Below are positions 10,901 through 21,106 of a stretch of 64,000 nucleotides of DNA, piece after piece (position 1 is the stretch's first letter; every line of letters begins with the position of its first letter). This DNA comes from Magallana gigas (lineage: Eukaryota). The notes under the pieces were generated by a model. That model ran no database searches and was not told the origin of the DNA. It saw only the letters and a program-made list of their open reading frames with translations. The DNA lies in contig NC_088853.1 in the NCBI RefSeq assembly GCF_963853765.1, positions 40,362,001 to 40,426,000 of the forward strand. The letters run 5' to 3'. The position numbers and the translations under genes are program-made.

Positions 10901-12024
10901 ATAAAATGATAGAAAGAGATGACAGTTTTTGTGTGTTGAAACCACTAACTTTATTTCAAACAGATATTGTCAATTCCTTTGCTGCTTCTACGAACATGTG
11001 TAGCCATGATGTAAGCTCAGATGAATATATCTGCAGTTTACCTGAAAGCATGATTTTGTGTCCCCAGCAAACGATGAAAGCAACTGATATGGCCTTGGCA
11101 GAAATAGATTTGGAAAGTAGTATGAAAACAGTTTTTCCGTTAGTTAGCAGGCAGTATCAACTTTTACTCACTGTGGTGAAAGACGAGGGGATTGTTAGAA
11201 TAATAAAGCATGGACCAACAAATAATACCAACAATGAGTCAACGCCATGCGTGTTGAAAGAGACAGCAGAAGTAGTTGCGACAGTTTACGATCTGAAACC
11301 GAAATCTGCGTCATTCACAATAATGCCGACGTCCAGACTTAAGGAAGATTGTTTTACACCTTTACGAATTCCAAACAAATCGTTCAAAGATAGTTTACAC
11401 AACCAGGATGTTGTCCATCAAAATGGAACAATATCTCTAGACACAGCCCTGTGTATGGCAAGAGACACATACTGGCTGTCTAGTGATGATGTTAATAACT
11501 ATATGAAAATGTTGTGTTTGATGGCCCCAGAAAAGGTACATTTTGTCGATGCCGGTTGGTTTAGCCATAAAATCTTAAAAGATGAAACACTGACATCCTC
11601 CGTCTTCAGTTTAGAAAACAGCAAACAAAGTTGGTTTGGCAAATCTAAAGTTGTTGTTCCTATAAATCTTAGAAACGTTCATTGGGTGTTAGTTGTTATT
11701 GACATCAAAGAGAAGGTTATGTATTTTTGTGACTCAAAGGGAGACCCACCAAAAATAATTTTACTGCAAATAACTCGGTATATTTCATACGAGTTCTTAA
11801 TGAGGTTTGGTAGGAAACTAGACCTGTCAAAGTGGAAATATATCGAGTTCTGTAAGGAACTTAATTTTCCCATACAGATAGACGATAGCAGTTGTGGAGT
11901 TTATATTTGCGAGATGGCAAAATCAATCCTTTACAAAAAAAGAATATATCACCACAACAAATTGGCGACACGAATGAGGGCTCAAGTTGTACGAGAATTG
12001 TACTCCGGTTCAATTGAGTTTTAA
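7915..12024 (+). CDS. 3' part of the NOF-like MULE polyprotein: DDE transposase, USP (peptidase C19) deubiquitinase, Ulp1 (peptidase C48) protease
   Basis: MULE core: FWDATG (D 8464), ISDES (D 8692), CTGH (CxxH), IENRF (E 9403). USP: NLGSTCWFNSVMQ (Cys 9748), QQHDANEF, VVCHHGRSINSGHY (His 10462), VSDANV. Ulp1: VPINLRNVHWVLVVID...CDS...QIDDSSCGVY (His 11680, Cys 11893). Confidence 0.88.
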   Translation: MINIKSAQLKKRRKRRNVPMFKCKGHCKFKDCSVKVYVEMLVPKMVSVFYSGNMEHKITDQHARPIRATQREILKESFKNGGKPLKHFLEAFEKKDTDQIISGNCDNVGKDAHVFRQISSESRQIGRMDKDLIQSLLTIMRTSKENGFGFIQQLSVKPFTVQYWSEEGLRLYHSLAEKNIVFWDATGSVVRKSDDGKRFLYYELALRHPVKGKMGIPVSSMVTDDQSLPSILNWIARFRHDEKKLFGHGNVSQPKMIISDESWVFIIAALKEFNTETLAEFLNRAWRIANEHEPKERKDKTIVHLCTGHFMNKVKRFCLQNYKRNIKFGMYLVSLLLNCKTLKAATEILHDISVALLSKNITSANRQFIDRLMQKINKFDTKESSCSELPDDSEKHCEQQKPGFYTEEAFISLAGTSPFKQWACGIVERTRNSLHISDEKSIRNPYYSEVFLQQILDRYIPILPLWGSLILPSDSSNAKHHSIYNTGDICKTQSTIENRFRILKQISLGDNKNRRLDDFSEELRKHTVSIQRLVVKDTLKAPSNLKRKRSQSTLKEAWSKKQKPLNISTETGDFQKTPTKVINLPEVVTLTEHRDLFSGTKVCPIDNLGSTCWFNSVMQAVSGCKMSESLQNHEMIIDVDKDSYNTLKRSVISLLRTMSKNKCTNTKAPREQVRQALSDIAKFEGELGANLGQQHDANEFYLKIVSPIAKDIGEQLQIQQAFNCIDCKYRNCITECLVNSIGLTVPNDASDASISSLLNYYFEHEIREQCQKCSGLLYLQQELTKIPTTLVLTVNRFQYNAATSNMSKLKKSIQIDREIDLSKHVKGVSNCRYVLKSVVCHHGRSINSGHYTTNLIANNSIVKVSDANVSVGSENEMQRDCYVLFYDRHVNLPDFVKPALECIGNTLANTVSASCQNQSTVQEMFIPALLKQGDIDTAVSLISKNVDAFTSNNYFNMFEVVLKTIFGCGKEASYKVSAHSFLLSKVRVSVCNVCKNKMIERDDSFCVLKPLTLFQTDIVNSFAASTNMCSHDVSSDEYICSLPESMILCPQQTMKATDMALAEIDLESSMKTVFPLVSRQYQLLLTVVKDEGIVRIIKHGPTNNTNNESTPCVLKETAEVVATVYDLKPKSASFTIMPTSRLKEDCFTPLRIPNKSFKDSLHNQDVVHQNGTISLDTALCMARDTYWLSSDDVNNYMKMLCLMAPEKVHFVDAGWFSHKILKDETLTSSVFSLENSKQSWFGKSKVVVPINLRNVHWVLVVIDIKEKVMYFCDSKGDPPKIILLQITRYISYEFLMRFGRKLDLSKWKYIEFCKELNFPIQIDDSSCGVYICEMAKSILYKKRIYHHNKLATRMRAQVVRELYSGSIEF

Positions 12025-12222
12025 ATAGATGGAAACTATGATGCTGATTACCGTTGTATAAGAGATTGCTCGCCAACAACTTTAATGATCATGTAAAGAA
12101 GTTAACCATAGGAATTTTCCAAGAAACTTTTTCACGTTTTTGCGAGTATAGAAAAATGTATGATGGTTTTCCCGTATTGTAAATATTGTGTGACGTAGCA
12201 TTTTCTTTAAAACCAAACAAAC

Positions 12223-14900
12223 AACGTAACAGTGGAAAATCTGGGAAAACAGTATATGACTCTATTATTGTTATCATTTAGTTTTGTCTCTCTCAAAGAA
12301 GAGCTTATTCTTAGCCATAGTGTTTTTTCTTTGCTTGCTGAAATAAGTCTGTGATTTAGGTGTACATATTTTAAATGTGATTTTAAGACGGAAAAAGTTA
12401 CCCATATTCAACTGTTTTTTTCTTTCTTGATATTGTTACTTTGTCTTTGTCACTGCGAGACGGAAATACAATATAGTTAAATACCTCAATTGTTTTAATC
12501 GCACAGATTATTTGTTACTAAACAATAATTAAAAGCATTCTGTATTTGCTAGTAAGAGTACTAATGTTACTTTGAAATATTTCAAACAGTTCCGGGTAAA
12601 ACTAACTAAGATGTAACTATTTGATAACCATTTGCTTTTATTTTTACCAAAGATGTATATGTAGTTATGCGATATTGTCTGATAAGGACAGTGAACGTTA
12701 CTCTTTCACCGTGCATGCATAGTATTACTGTTTCTTTTTTGCATGAAAATTACGTTACAGCTCATAAGACTATTGCTAGTTCACTCCTAAGAACCTTTTG
12801 TTATCACGCAGATTTGTCCTTCTCGGGAAAAGCTCATTCTTTGTTTTGCTAAAATTGGGACTGAGATTAAGGTGTGTGTATATATATTAGAATGCCATTT
12901 TGTAACAAAATTAAGAATTGATCTTTGTTATTTTGCTGAGCACAGTTACATTTTTGCCTCTGCTGTTACATTTTTGCCTCTGCTGAACTAGATCTGGTTT
13001 AATAACCAAAATCAAGATAGTGAACTTTTCTAAATTGCACGAAACATGTTGCTATACAATAAAAGCATTTAGCATATTCAAACGGGGATTAAGGTTACTT
13101 TGAAAGAACTCAAACAGTGACGAAGTAAAATTAACAAAAAATGCCAACCCATGCCAAACAACCATTTTCTTTTATTTGCTTCTTCTCTAAATCAAGGATG
13201 CTTATATATTTTTTTAACCAAAGATGTACAGTATATATAGTTATGCGATATTGTAAATATGTGTTTGTCTAATAAGACAGGGAACGTTACTTTTTCACTG
13301 TGCGAGCAAATTATTATTTTGTATTGTCCGTTTTAGGTTGAAGTGTACTCCAGTTTAAATGATTTTTTATGAAAATAACAGTACTGCTCATATGGGTATT
13401 GCTAGTTCACTTCTAAGAACCTATTATTATCACATAGTTTTGTCCCTCTCAGGAAAGAGCTCATTTTTGTTGGTTTTGCTAAAATTTAGACTTAGATTAA
13501 AATGTGTATATATATATTTATACCAGTATATTAGAATGGCATTTTATAAGAAATGATCTTTATTATTTTGCTGAGCACAGTTACGTTTTTGTCTCTGTTG
13601 AACTGGTTTTGGTTTAATAACCAAAATCAAGACAACCAACGTATCAGTGGAAAATCTGGGAAAACAGTATATGACTCTATTATTGTTATCATTTAGTTTT
13701 GTCTCTCTCAAAGAAGAGCTTATTCTTAGTTGTAGTGTTTTTTCTTTACTTGCTGAAATAAGTCTGCGATTTAGGTGTACATATTTTAAATGTGATTGTA
13801 AAACGGAAAAAGTTGCCCATATATAACTGCTTTTTGCTTTCTTGATATTGTTACTTTGTCTTTGTCAGTGCTAAACGGAAATACAATATAGTTAAATACC
13901 TCAATTGTTTTAATCGCACAGATTATATGTTACTAAACAATAAATAAAAGCATTCTGTACTAGTATTTGCTAGTAAGAGCACTAAGGTTACTTTGAAATA
14001 TTTTAAACAGTTCCGAGGTAACACTAAGATGTAACCCAAAAAACCATTTGCTTTTATTTTTACCAAAGATGTCTATATTAAAAAGTTAAATCCTTCCCAA
14101 GCCAATCATGGCTTATAAGGCTGGTGCTTATACCCGGTTTCCGTGGTGCTAAGCGGATGAGAGTCGCAGACTCCCCCTGGATGGGACACCAGTGCATCGC
14201 AGGTTAACTCCCCAGCCTAAGCCGGTACCCATTTTCAGCTGGGTGGACTGAGACAACGCAGATTAAGTGTCTTGTCTAAGGACACAACACACAACATCAA
14301 CCGCCCACAGTGGGATTTGAACTGGGGACCTCTCGGTTACCAGCCAAGCCACTAGAACGACTGAGCTATGTGCTCCACAAAGATGTCTATATAGTTATGC
14401 GATATTGTAAATATGGGTCTAATAAGGACCTGCACTGTGTACGTTTTGTTCGTTTTAGGTTGTCAGGTTGTATGAGATGTGTAATCGGGTTTAATTAATT
14501 TTAAGAAGGATGGATGTTTGAAAATAGCGGTACTGCTTGTAAGACTGTTTAGTATTGCTAATGAATTTGCATGTCAACTATTTTGATGATCAGGGTTGGA
14601 AGTTAATCCTAGTTATATAGTAAAGGAAAATACTGGTATGTATAAGAAATACAGCATTACTACTCTTGGGTATTTAGTTTTATATTGAAAATATCAGTTG
14701 TTTCCGTAACAACAACTAACGTAAATATGGAAAATCAGGTAAACATAAAAACAGTGAATGGGTTACTCCAACCATCCTACTGTTACATTGTAACACTTAC
14801 ATTGTCTCTCTCTAAGAAGATCTTATTCTTTGTTGATTTTGTTTTGCCGAAAGGATGATCAAGTTTGTAATTATGTCACAAAACTCAGTTCCCTTTATTT
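12223..14900. repeat. Degenerate tandem repeat of ~0.6-0.8-kb units (about 3 and a bit copies)
   Basis: AACGT(A)xCAGTGGAAAATCTGGGAAAACAGT at 12223 and 13639, degenerate near 14716. CAAAGATGT...ATAGTTATGCGATATTG near 12649, 13220 and 14064/14378. GGTTTAATAACCAAAATCAAGA near 12997 and 13612. Confidence 0.85.
14079..14377 (-). mobile_element. Full-length tRNA-derived SINE with a conserved central domain (V/CORE/Meta-type superfamily)
   Basis: Minus strand: TAGCTCAGTCG (A box)...GTTCAAATCCC (B box), then GTGTCCTTAGACAAGACACTTAA...CCACCCAGCTGAAAATGGGTACC and GGTGTCCCATCCAGGGGGAG. 15-bp TSD CAAAGATGTCTATAT at 14064-14078 and 14378-14392. Confidence 0.88.
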
Positions 14901-15004
14901 TGCTAAAATTATAATATATATATACAAATGTATATGCTTTATTGTATTCCTTTTTTTATTAATTTCATAATATTTAATTTCTTCCATAAATACAATGCAA
15001 TTAA

Positions 15005-15740
15005 TACTGACTCTGATAAAAATTAATTTATCAAACACTTGATTTTTTATTTAATTTTAGGAAATTAATTTTTAAAAAAGGGATCTAAACCTTTTACTGT
15101 GGTATTAAATCAGTATTTCTACAAAGTACAATTTATACCAACTACTTCTTTCAGGCAAGTGGATCCAATATACTCATATCATTTTCTATTGTGTGCAGAA
15201 GTTTTTGGAATCTTAATCCCTAATAATAATGATATTAGGGGTATAACAATAGATTGAATATAATATAAGCTTTCCCAATATGCAGATGACACTTAATATT
15301 TGATGGTACGCCCAAGTCAATGGATAGTATTCTAAATTAATTAGACTATTTTGCATATAACCCAGGGCGTATAATTAACTATCCTAAAACTTAAATCTGG
15401 GATCGGAAGCAAAAAGCACTCAAAAGAAGTTTTTCATCATACACGATGGAAGTTAGCCCAGAATAATCCCACGTTTGACCTTGGGGGGGGGGTCCATTGA
15501 TCTAAATAAAACGATTGGATTAAACTATCCTCATGATCCTATGAAATGTAAAGAACATACACAATTGATAAATCAATGGCAATTAAGAAAATTAACTGCA
15601 ATTGGAAGATTAACATGCAGTTATAAAATCTTGAATCATACCTAAACATAGCCATTTAATACTTACTATATCACACCCAAGTATAGAATATCTGCAGCAA
15701 TTAGAAAAAAAAACATCATTCTATTATCGAAGATACCTGA
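15005..15740 (+). pseudogene. Decayed L1/Tx1-type LINE reverse transcriptase fragment
   Basis: Manual translation from 15153: RQVDPIYSYHFLLCAEVFGILIPNNNDIRGITID*I*YKLSQYADDT. Later: IPKHSHLILTISHP. Multiple stops and frameshifts. Confidence 0.8.
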
Positions 15741-17849
15741 TGGATGAAATAAATGACAAGAAGAATGTTGACTAGTTGCTTTATTCTAGTTTGGCGTTAC
15801 TGGCCGCAGTGACTTTAGGCTACCAATGGGCTGCCTTACAACAAAATTCAAATAAATGGTGACGACCTATCAACAGGCTCATTGTGCAGTGGGTAAACGC
15901 AAATGCACAAACGTCACAAATAAGTAAATTGAAAGTTCAAATCAACACACATTAAATTTGTCAATAAATTGTACATGTAAATATAAAATATTTGTGCGAA
16001 TGGGTAAACGCAAATGCACTTTATAAGTTCAAACTACATTGTACGTGGAACTTGTCCTTACATGTTTGTGTCCATTAAAATAGTGAAAGTTATGGTACAA
16101 TAAGTAATGGGGAAATGCTCCAGTATGAACACACAGCATTTGAAACACATCAACATGAATTTGCCACACATAAGCTGATAAGTTGAAATTGGATATCATA
16201 TGTAGCGCCGTCGTGCGGTAAACGGCTTCTTAATGGTTTTTTACAAATTTCAATGGATTTAATAATTCCAATCTAACTAAGGTATTTCCTCCACATCCTC
16301 AATGTTTTAAAATCAGACAATCACAAAGTTTATATACAATTTATTTACATGGCAATAATCCCGAGAAACACATATATAACACGCACAAAATAAATAATAT
16401 CCTTTGAACGGCTCTATAGAATGAAGTGAACGAAGTGCGCACAGTGCGAAATCTGTACCCGTATATATACACACTGGCCGATGCTCATAAGGAGCATCGC
16501 CATCAAAACAAAAGAATTACGTAATGGTCACGCCGATGCTCGCAAGGAGCATCGGGTAGCTATTTACATGGACGCATATAAACAAAATATAATGAACCCC
16601 ACCCCCAGGAATCCGGGGTCACCTAATTGTCACAAGTCCTAGTTTGGGTGCCTTGCGCCCATTTACCGAGGGATATTTTCTGTCGGGATCGAAAAACTAG
16701 TCGATAAGCATATTTAGGACTGAGTTAGTGCGTTGAAGTTAGTGCGTGCTAGCTTGACTCTGGTGTTTATGTATTCATTGGAAATTTTAAGTCCCTGTGC
16801 TGCAACAAACATGTCTTCAAATGCAAAATGGAAAGTATTCCCAAGTAAGTCCTTTTTTGGGGGGTGGGGGTGGAGCACTGTCAGTATGAATTATGATTTT
16901 GTTCTCGTAATAGCATGGTCAATGTTAGGCCTGTAGTCTCTCCTTGTATAATTGTACATGTACAGTATCAGACTTATTTCTCAATTACAACAGAAATGTC
17001 CAAAGACCTACTGACCAAAAACCAGTTCTCACTTAGAATCCTCTCTCGACACTCAATCAGTATATTGTATGTATAACTATTGGAAATGCAATGCTTGATG
17101 TAGTCTTGGGTCTTAGGTGGAATAATACACCTGGAAAAAGTCACTCAAATTAACAGTAAATTATTTGATTATAAAAGATATAATGATAGATAAACCGTAA
17201 ATATGTCAAATACGAAATGTGCTTTCGATCAGAGGTCAGCCATTCTGTGATGATGTGTTATTCCACCTGTTAATGGGATCAATCATGGAAATTAAACAGG
17301 TTTTAAATAATAAATAAGAATTATATTGATAACACAAGAAAAAAAAAATTTTACACATATATGTGTGTGGTTTTTTTTTTGGTATTAAGCTCTCTGAAAT
17401 GTGCACTGCCTTGCAAAAACTAAATGATAAATTTTGCAAAAAGTCTTCTCTTTTTTTTTAAAAATAATTCATAATATACTGGCGTGCCACCAGTTCTCGC
17501 AATGTACTGGCAAGAAATAGTCATCATTGGGAACAGTTCGCACGCCAGTTAAGTTAAAACATTTGTTAAAGCCACATTACATTATGTGCAAATTAAAAGC
17601 TCTGTTAGCCTGCCATATTAGAATAGAATACAAAATTATTAAATTAGATGTATGTCTCAATTTTGGTAATGTCTTAGAAATGATTTAATTGTTAAACTAA
17701 AATTTTAAATATATTGACGGAAAACTTCCTACACTGTAAGCTCTATAGCAATTAAGATGACCTTGAAGAAAACAATTGTAAAATCAAACTTACTCTTTTA
17801 AACATTATTTTAGTTGATATACCAAATAGCTTCTGTCCCAAAAATTTAA

Positions 17850-18207
17850 GGTGCTTCACTACACTGAAACTTATACTTTTTAAGATACGTACTACGTCAC
17901 AAGATGGCGATTTAAATGTTTTGTTAAACTGGTTGTATCAATCAATTCAGATGTATATCATCATAGCTCAGTGGTTAAAGTATCAGGCTTGTAAATCGCA
18001 TGTCATGAGTTTGAATCCACCTGGGGGCTGGGGCTTTAATTTGTTTATGTTTACTGAATGAAATAGAAAATATGTAACTATGTTTATCTAAAATCGCACA
18101 TTTTTTCGCCAATTTTATATATATACTTCTTATCCATTGTGCTTTCTATCATAATAAAGTAATTTTCTGCTGATTTGAGAAACTATTTCAAGGTGTAGTG
18201 AGGCACC
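17850..18207. mobile_element. MITE with TTAA TSD (Kolobok-type) containing a tRNA-like segment
   Basis: TTAA-GGTGCTTCACTACAC ... GTGTAGTGAGGCACC-TTAA (15-bp TIR, 1 mismatch). Internal TAGCTCAGTGG (17964) and GAGTTTGAATCC (18007). Confidence 0.85.
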
Positions 18208-18514
18208 TTAACTGGTTTATGGAAAAGGGGGCACTCACCTGGATATCAATCAAAACAAAAACATATAAAGTACTGTATATTTGTAATTATGGACCTACTC
18301 ATAATTATGTTTGGTAACTCTGTATCAGGGATCCGTGTGATGGCAGCAATTTACAATAATCCAATTGCTTATATCTTATTTAGAATAGTTTCCTAAACTA
18401 ATGTGAATGTTATTTATGAAATTGTTAAACATGTATACCTGTACAAAATGGTAAGGATCATAAATATGATATGAATATACTAATGAAATGTTTCTGATAT
18501 TAGAAATGATTTAA

Positions 18515-18864
18515 GGTTGTAATGTATACGACATCTGTTGATATTAATGTGGATTAGAGTACATTATAATAAAATTAATTTTCCCGGTAAAGAATTTTCA
18601 AGTTTTACAATATTTAACCAAAAAAACCAAAAAAATAATACATGTAAAAATTTTTGGAAAATTAAACAATTTTAAAACCTCCAATGTGATTCAAACTCAT
18701 GAGTCGTGACTTACAGATTCAAAGTGAACCCTTCAACCCGCTGCGCTTGGTTGTTAGGTGACAATTTTGGGAAAGAAACTATTTATAAAATTACACTTGA
18801 TTTTATTGTTTATTTTGATAAATAGAACATCATAATATGGAGGACCGAGGTGTTCAATACCACC
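18515..18864. mobile_element. Older MITE with TTAA TSD (Kolobok-type)
   Basis: TTAA-GGTTGTAATGTATAC ... GTGTTCAATACCACC-TTAA, degenerate TIRs. A reverse tRNA-like remnant lies near 18680-18750. Confidence 0.55.
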
Positions 18865-21106
18865 TTAATTTGTTATTTATGTCCATTCCCCTTTAGGGAG
18901 CTTCAATTGTTATCTAACAACTATACATGTAGGCTTCAAAATTTGTCGAGTAATGAAACATACCTGAGGTCAGTACTAGCTATGCTAATCAGTGCATTTT
19001 TATCCACAGAATTGTTTAAAATTCAACGTACATCATAATTAATAAATGTCCTAGAAAAATTAAATGCTATGTAAAAGTCAAACAATTATTGTTAAATTGG
19101 TAACTTGACTTAATGCGATACATAGACTAGTTTAATGCAAATTAAAGAAATGATTTATAGCTGTGCACTGTGACCATGCCCTGCTGTCAAGTACATGCTT
19201 CAGCGACTGTGTATGTCGATTGGGGAATTTAGCTCAAGGGGATTAAAATATTAAAAAAAAGGAAAAAGTCCAAATGACAGCTAGGATTAAAGAAATAATA
19301 TATATAAAATCAAATGTTAGATAATTCAGTTTACACAGGCAGGTAACATCAATGAGCAAGTCTTGTTCCTATCTTCTAGTAATTTAGAGGAATAGGCTTT
19401 GGAATGCAGAAATCGTCTCATAAATTAACTAAACACCCGACACGTCTCTCTAGCTCAGCTCTGTATTCCTAAAGTCCAAGGCTGAAACACTAACTGTTTG
19501 AAATGTTATCAACAAGAATGAATCTTTTCCATGAATAGCATCGCACAATCATATTAAGTAAGTTATAGATATATAATAATATAAAATATATATTCTCAAT
19601 AATAAGATAAGAAAGATATAAAATTTATTTAGATTAGTATATAGTATTTGTTTCTTTTACATCAAGCTGCTGCTTCAATGTACATTTTTCATGATTAAGC
19701 TTTCTTGCCTAGTACTTCATTGATAACCTATGATTTATATGACTGTCCGAGCCTCATTGATTAACAATATGATATGTTGATCTATGCATGCACGTTTATA
19801 TATATATATATTCACCATTTTTTCTCAAAATGGTTGTTATCTTGAGCTGCATTCATGATGTGTCAAACTTTATCAATAATCTTAATATTATAATAATATT
19901 AAAACCTAAATAATAATTTTTTTTGATAAATAAAAGACACTCACAGTGCCATTTCGATTAAGACCTGATAGGTATTTTACTCTCCTTTAGAAAAGGGTAA
20001 TTTTCAGATCACTAGAGTTTAAAAATTTGCTGCTTGCTATTGAGAAAATATTAAAAGTATATCATTGTACATGTATAGTTTGTTAAGATTGAACAATGTT
20101 TTTTTTTAAAGTGTTAAAAATTATTTTGAATTCCTTATGTCAAAACATTTAAACAATGTTAGGATCCAAACCAAACTGAAAATTGTCTAAGATTGGTCAT
20201 TCATTGTGGTACATGTATGTAATTAATGACCATCAATATTCCTTTTGAGCTTTTGAGGGGTTTTATACATACCAAAGGGTTTGTTGTTTCACGGGCAAGG
20301 GGGGGGGGGGGTATGTCTTCAGACCAAAATACATTCCAAACAATGCATTTTGCTTTGTAACGTTTCAAAAACTAATTAACACTATTTGTCATCGAAACGA
20401 CCAGTACTTGCATATTTTGAGAATAATATCCGAACACTTATACTTCCGCTCAAATTTTACAGAAACTGAACAAATCTCAGGGAAGTCTCATGAACTTATA
20501 TTCGAGCACCTCTGGATTTATTACATACTTATCAACGATAAAGAAAACATTTTGAACACATTCGCAAGCCCTTAGGGTAATCTTGTTGTTCTCAGAGAAT
20601 CTTTCTTACAAAAAGTCATGTATTCTGTATAGAAACAGTATCCTGCTTTTTAACACAGAATTATTATGGAGCGTGCAAGGAAAATCATATTGTTAAAATT
20701 GTGAAACTTTACTTTCAGAATAAAATGGATACTAGTGTTATTTTTATGAGAAGAATTTATATACATGATACATACTACTGTGTACAACAATATGGAATTC
20801 TTTTGTTAGGTAGTAAGGGTGCATGCTCTGAGCATCGTTTTTGAAAGTGGGGATGTGTGAACCAGATTCATTCAAAAATCTTGAGAAGAAATTATAAAAA
20901 ATTTTAAATGAGAATTTTCGCCTAATCATGTAAATCCTAGTCAATTGGGGGTGGAGGAGAGGGTAGTCTGAGTTGTATACACATCAATCTATTAAAGTCC
21001 AATAGCTATAGATAGAAGATTAACACATCAAAGATCCATTTTTTGCTATATTAGACTATATGAAAAGTTAAACAGCTATTTTCATGTTCATTTTTTTTTC
21101 AGTATT

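Larger units (their letters stand above)
2723..14900 (+). mobile_element. Putative giant NOF/Foldback-type MULE DNA transposon (boundaries uncertain)
   Basis: A tandem-array arm, a 5.5-kb transposase-protease reading frame and downstream degenerate repeats, sitting between a truncated piggyBac and an L1 relic. No TSD or second inverted arm identified. Confidence 0.5.

Noticed and set aside
12024-16400. Searched for an inverted copy of the tandem array or of the 2723 junction as the right arm/TSD of the MULE
   Set aside because: None found by eye; the element's boundaries remain unproven.
15750-16760. Possible left TIR matching 27990-28060 that would enclose the BEN and Tc1 genes
   Set aside because: Only an 11-bp match (GTTAGTGCGTG) was found, compatible with chance.
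17955-18025. tRNA gene candidates (also 1430-1500, 14300-14377, 21533-21612, 60706-60785)
   Set aside because: A/B boxes are present but cloverleaf stems are broken, and most lie inside a SINE or MITE, so none is called a tRNA gene.
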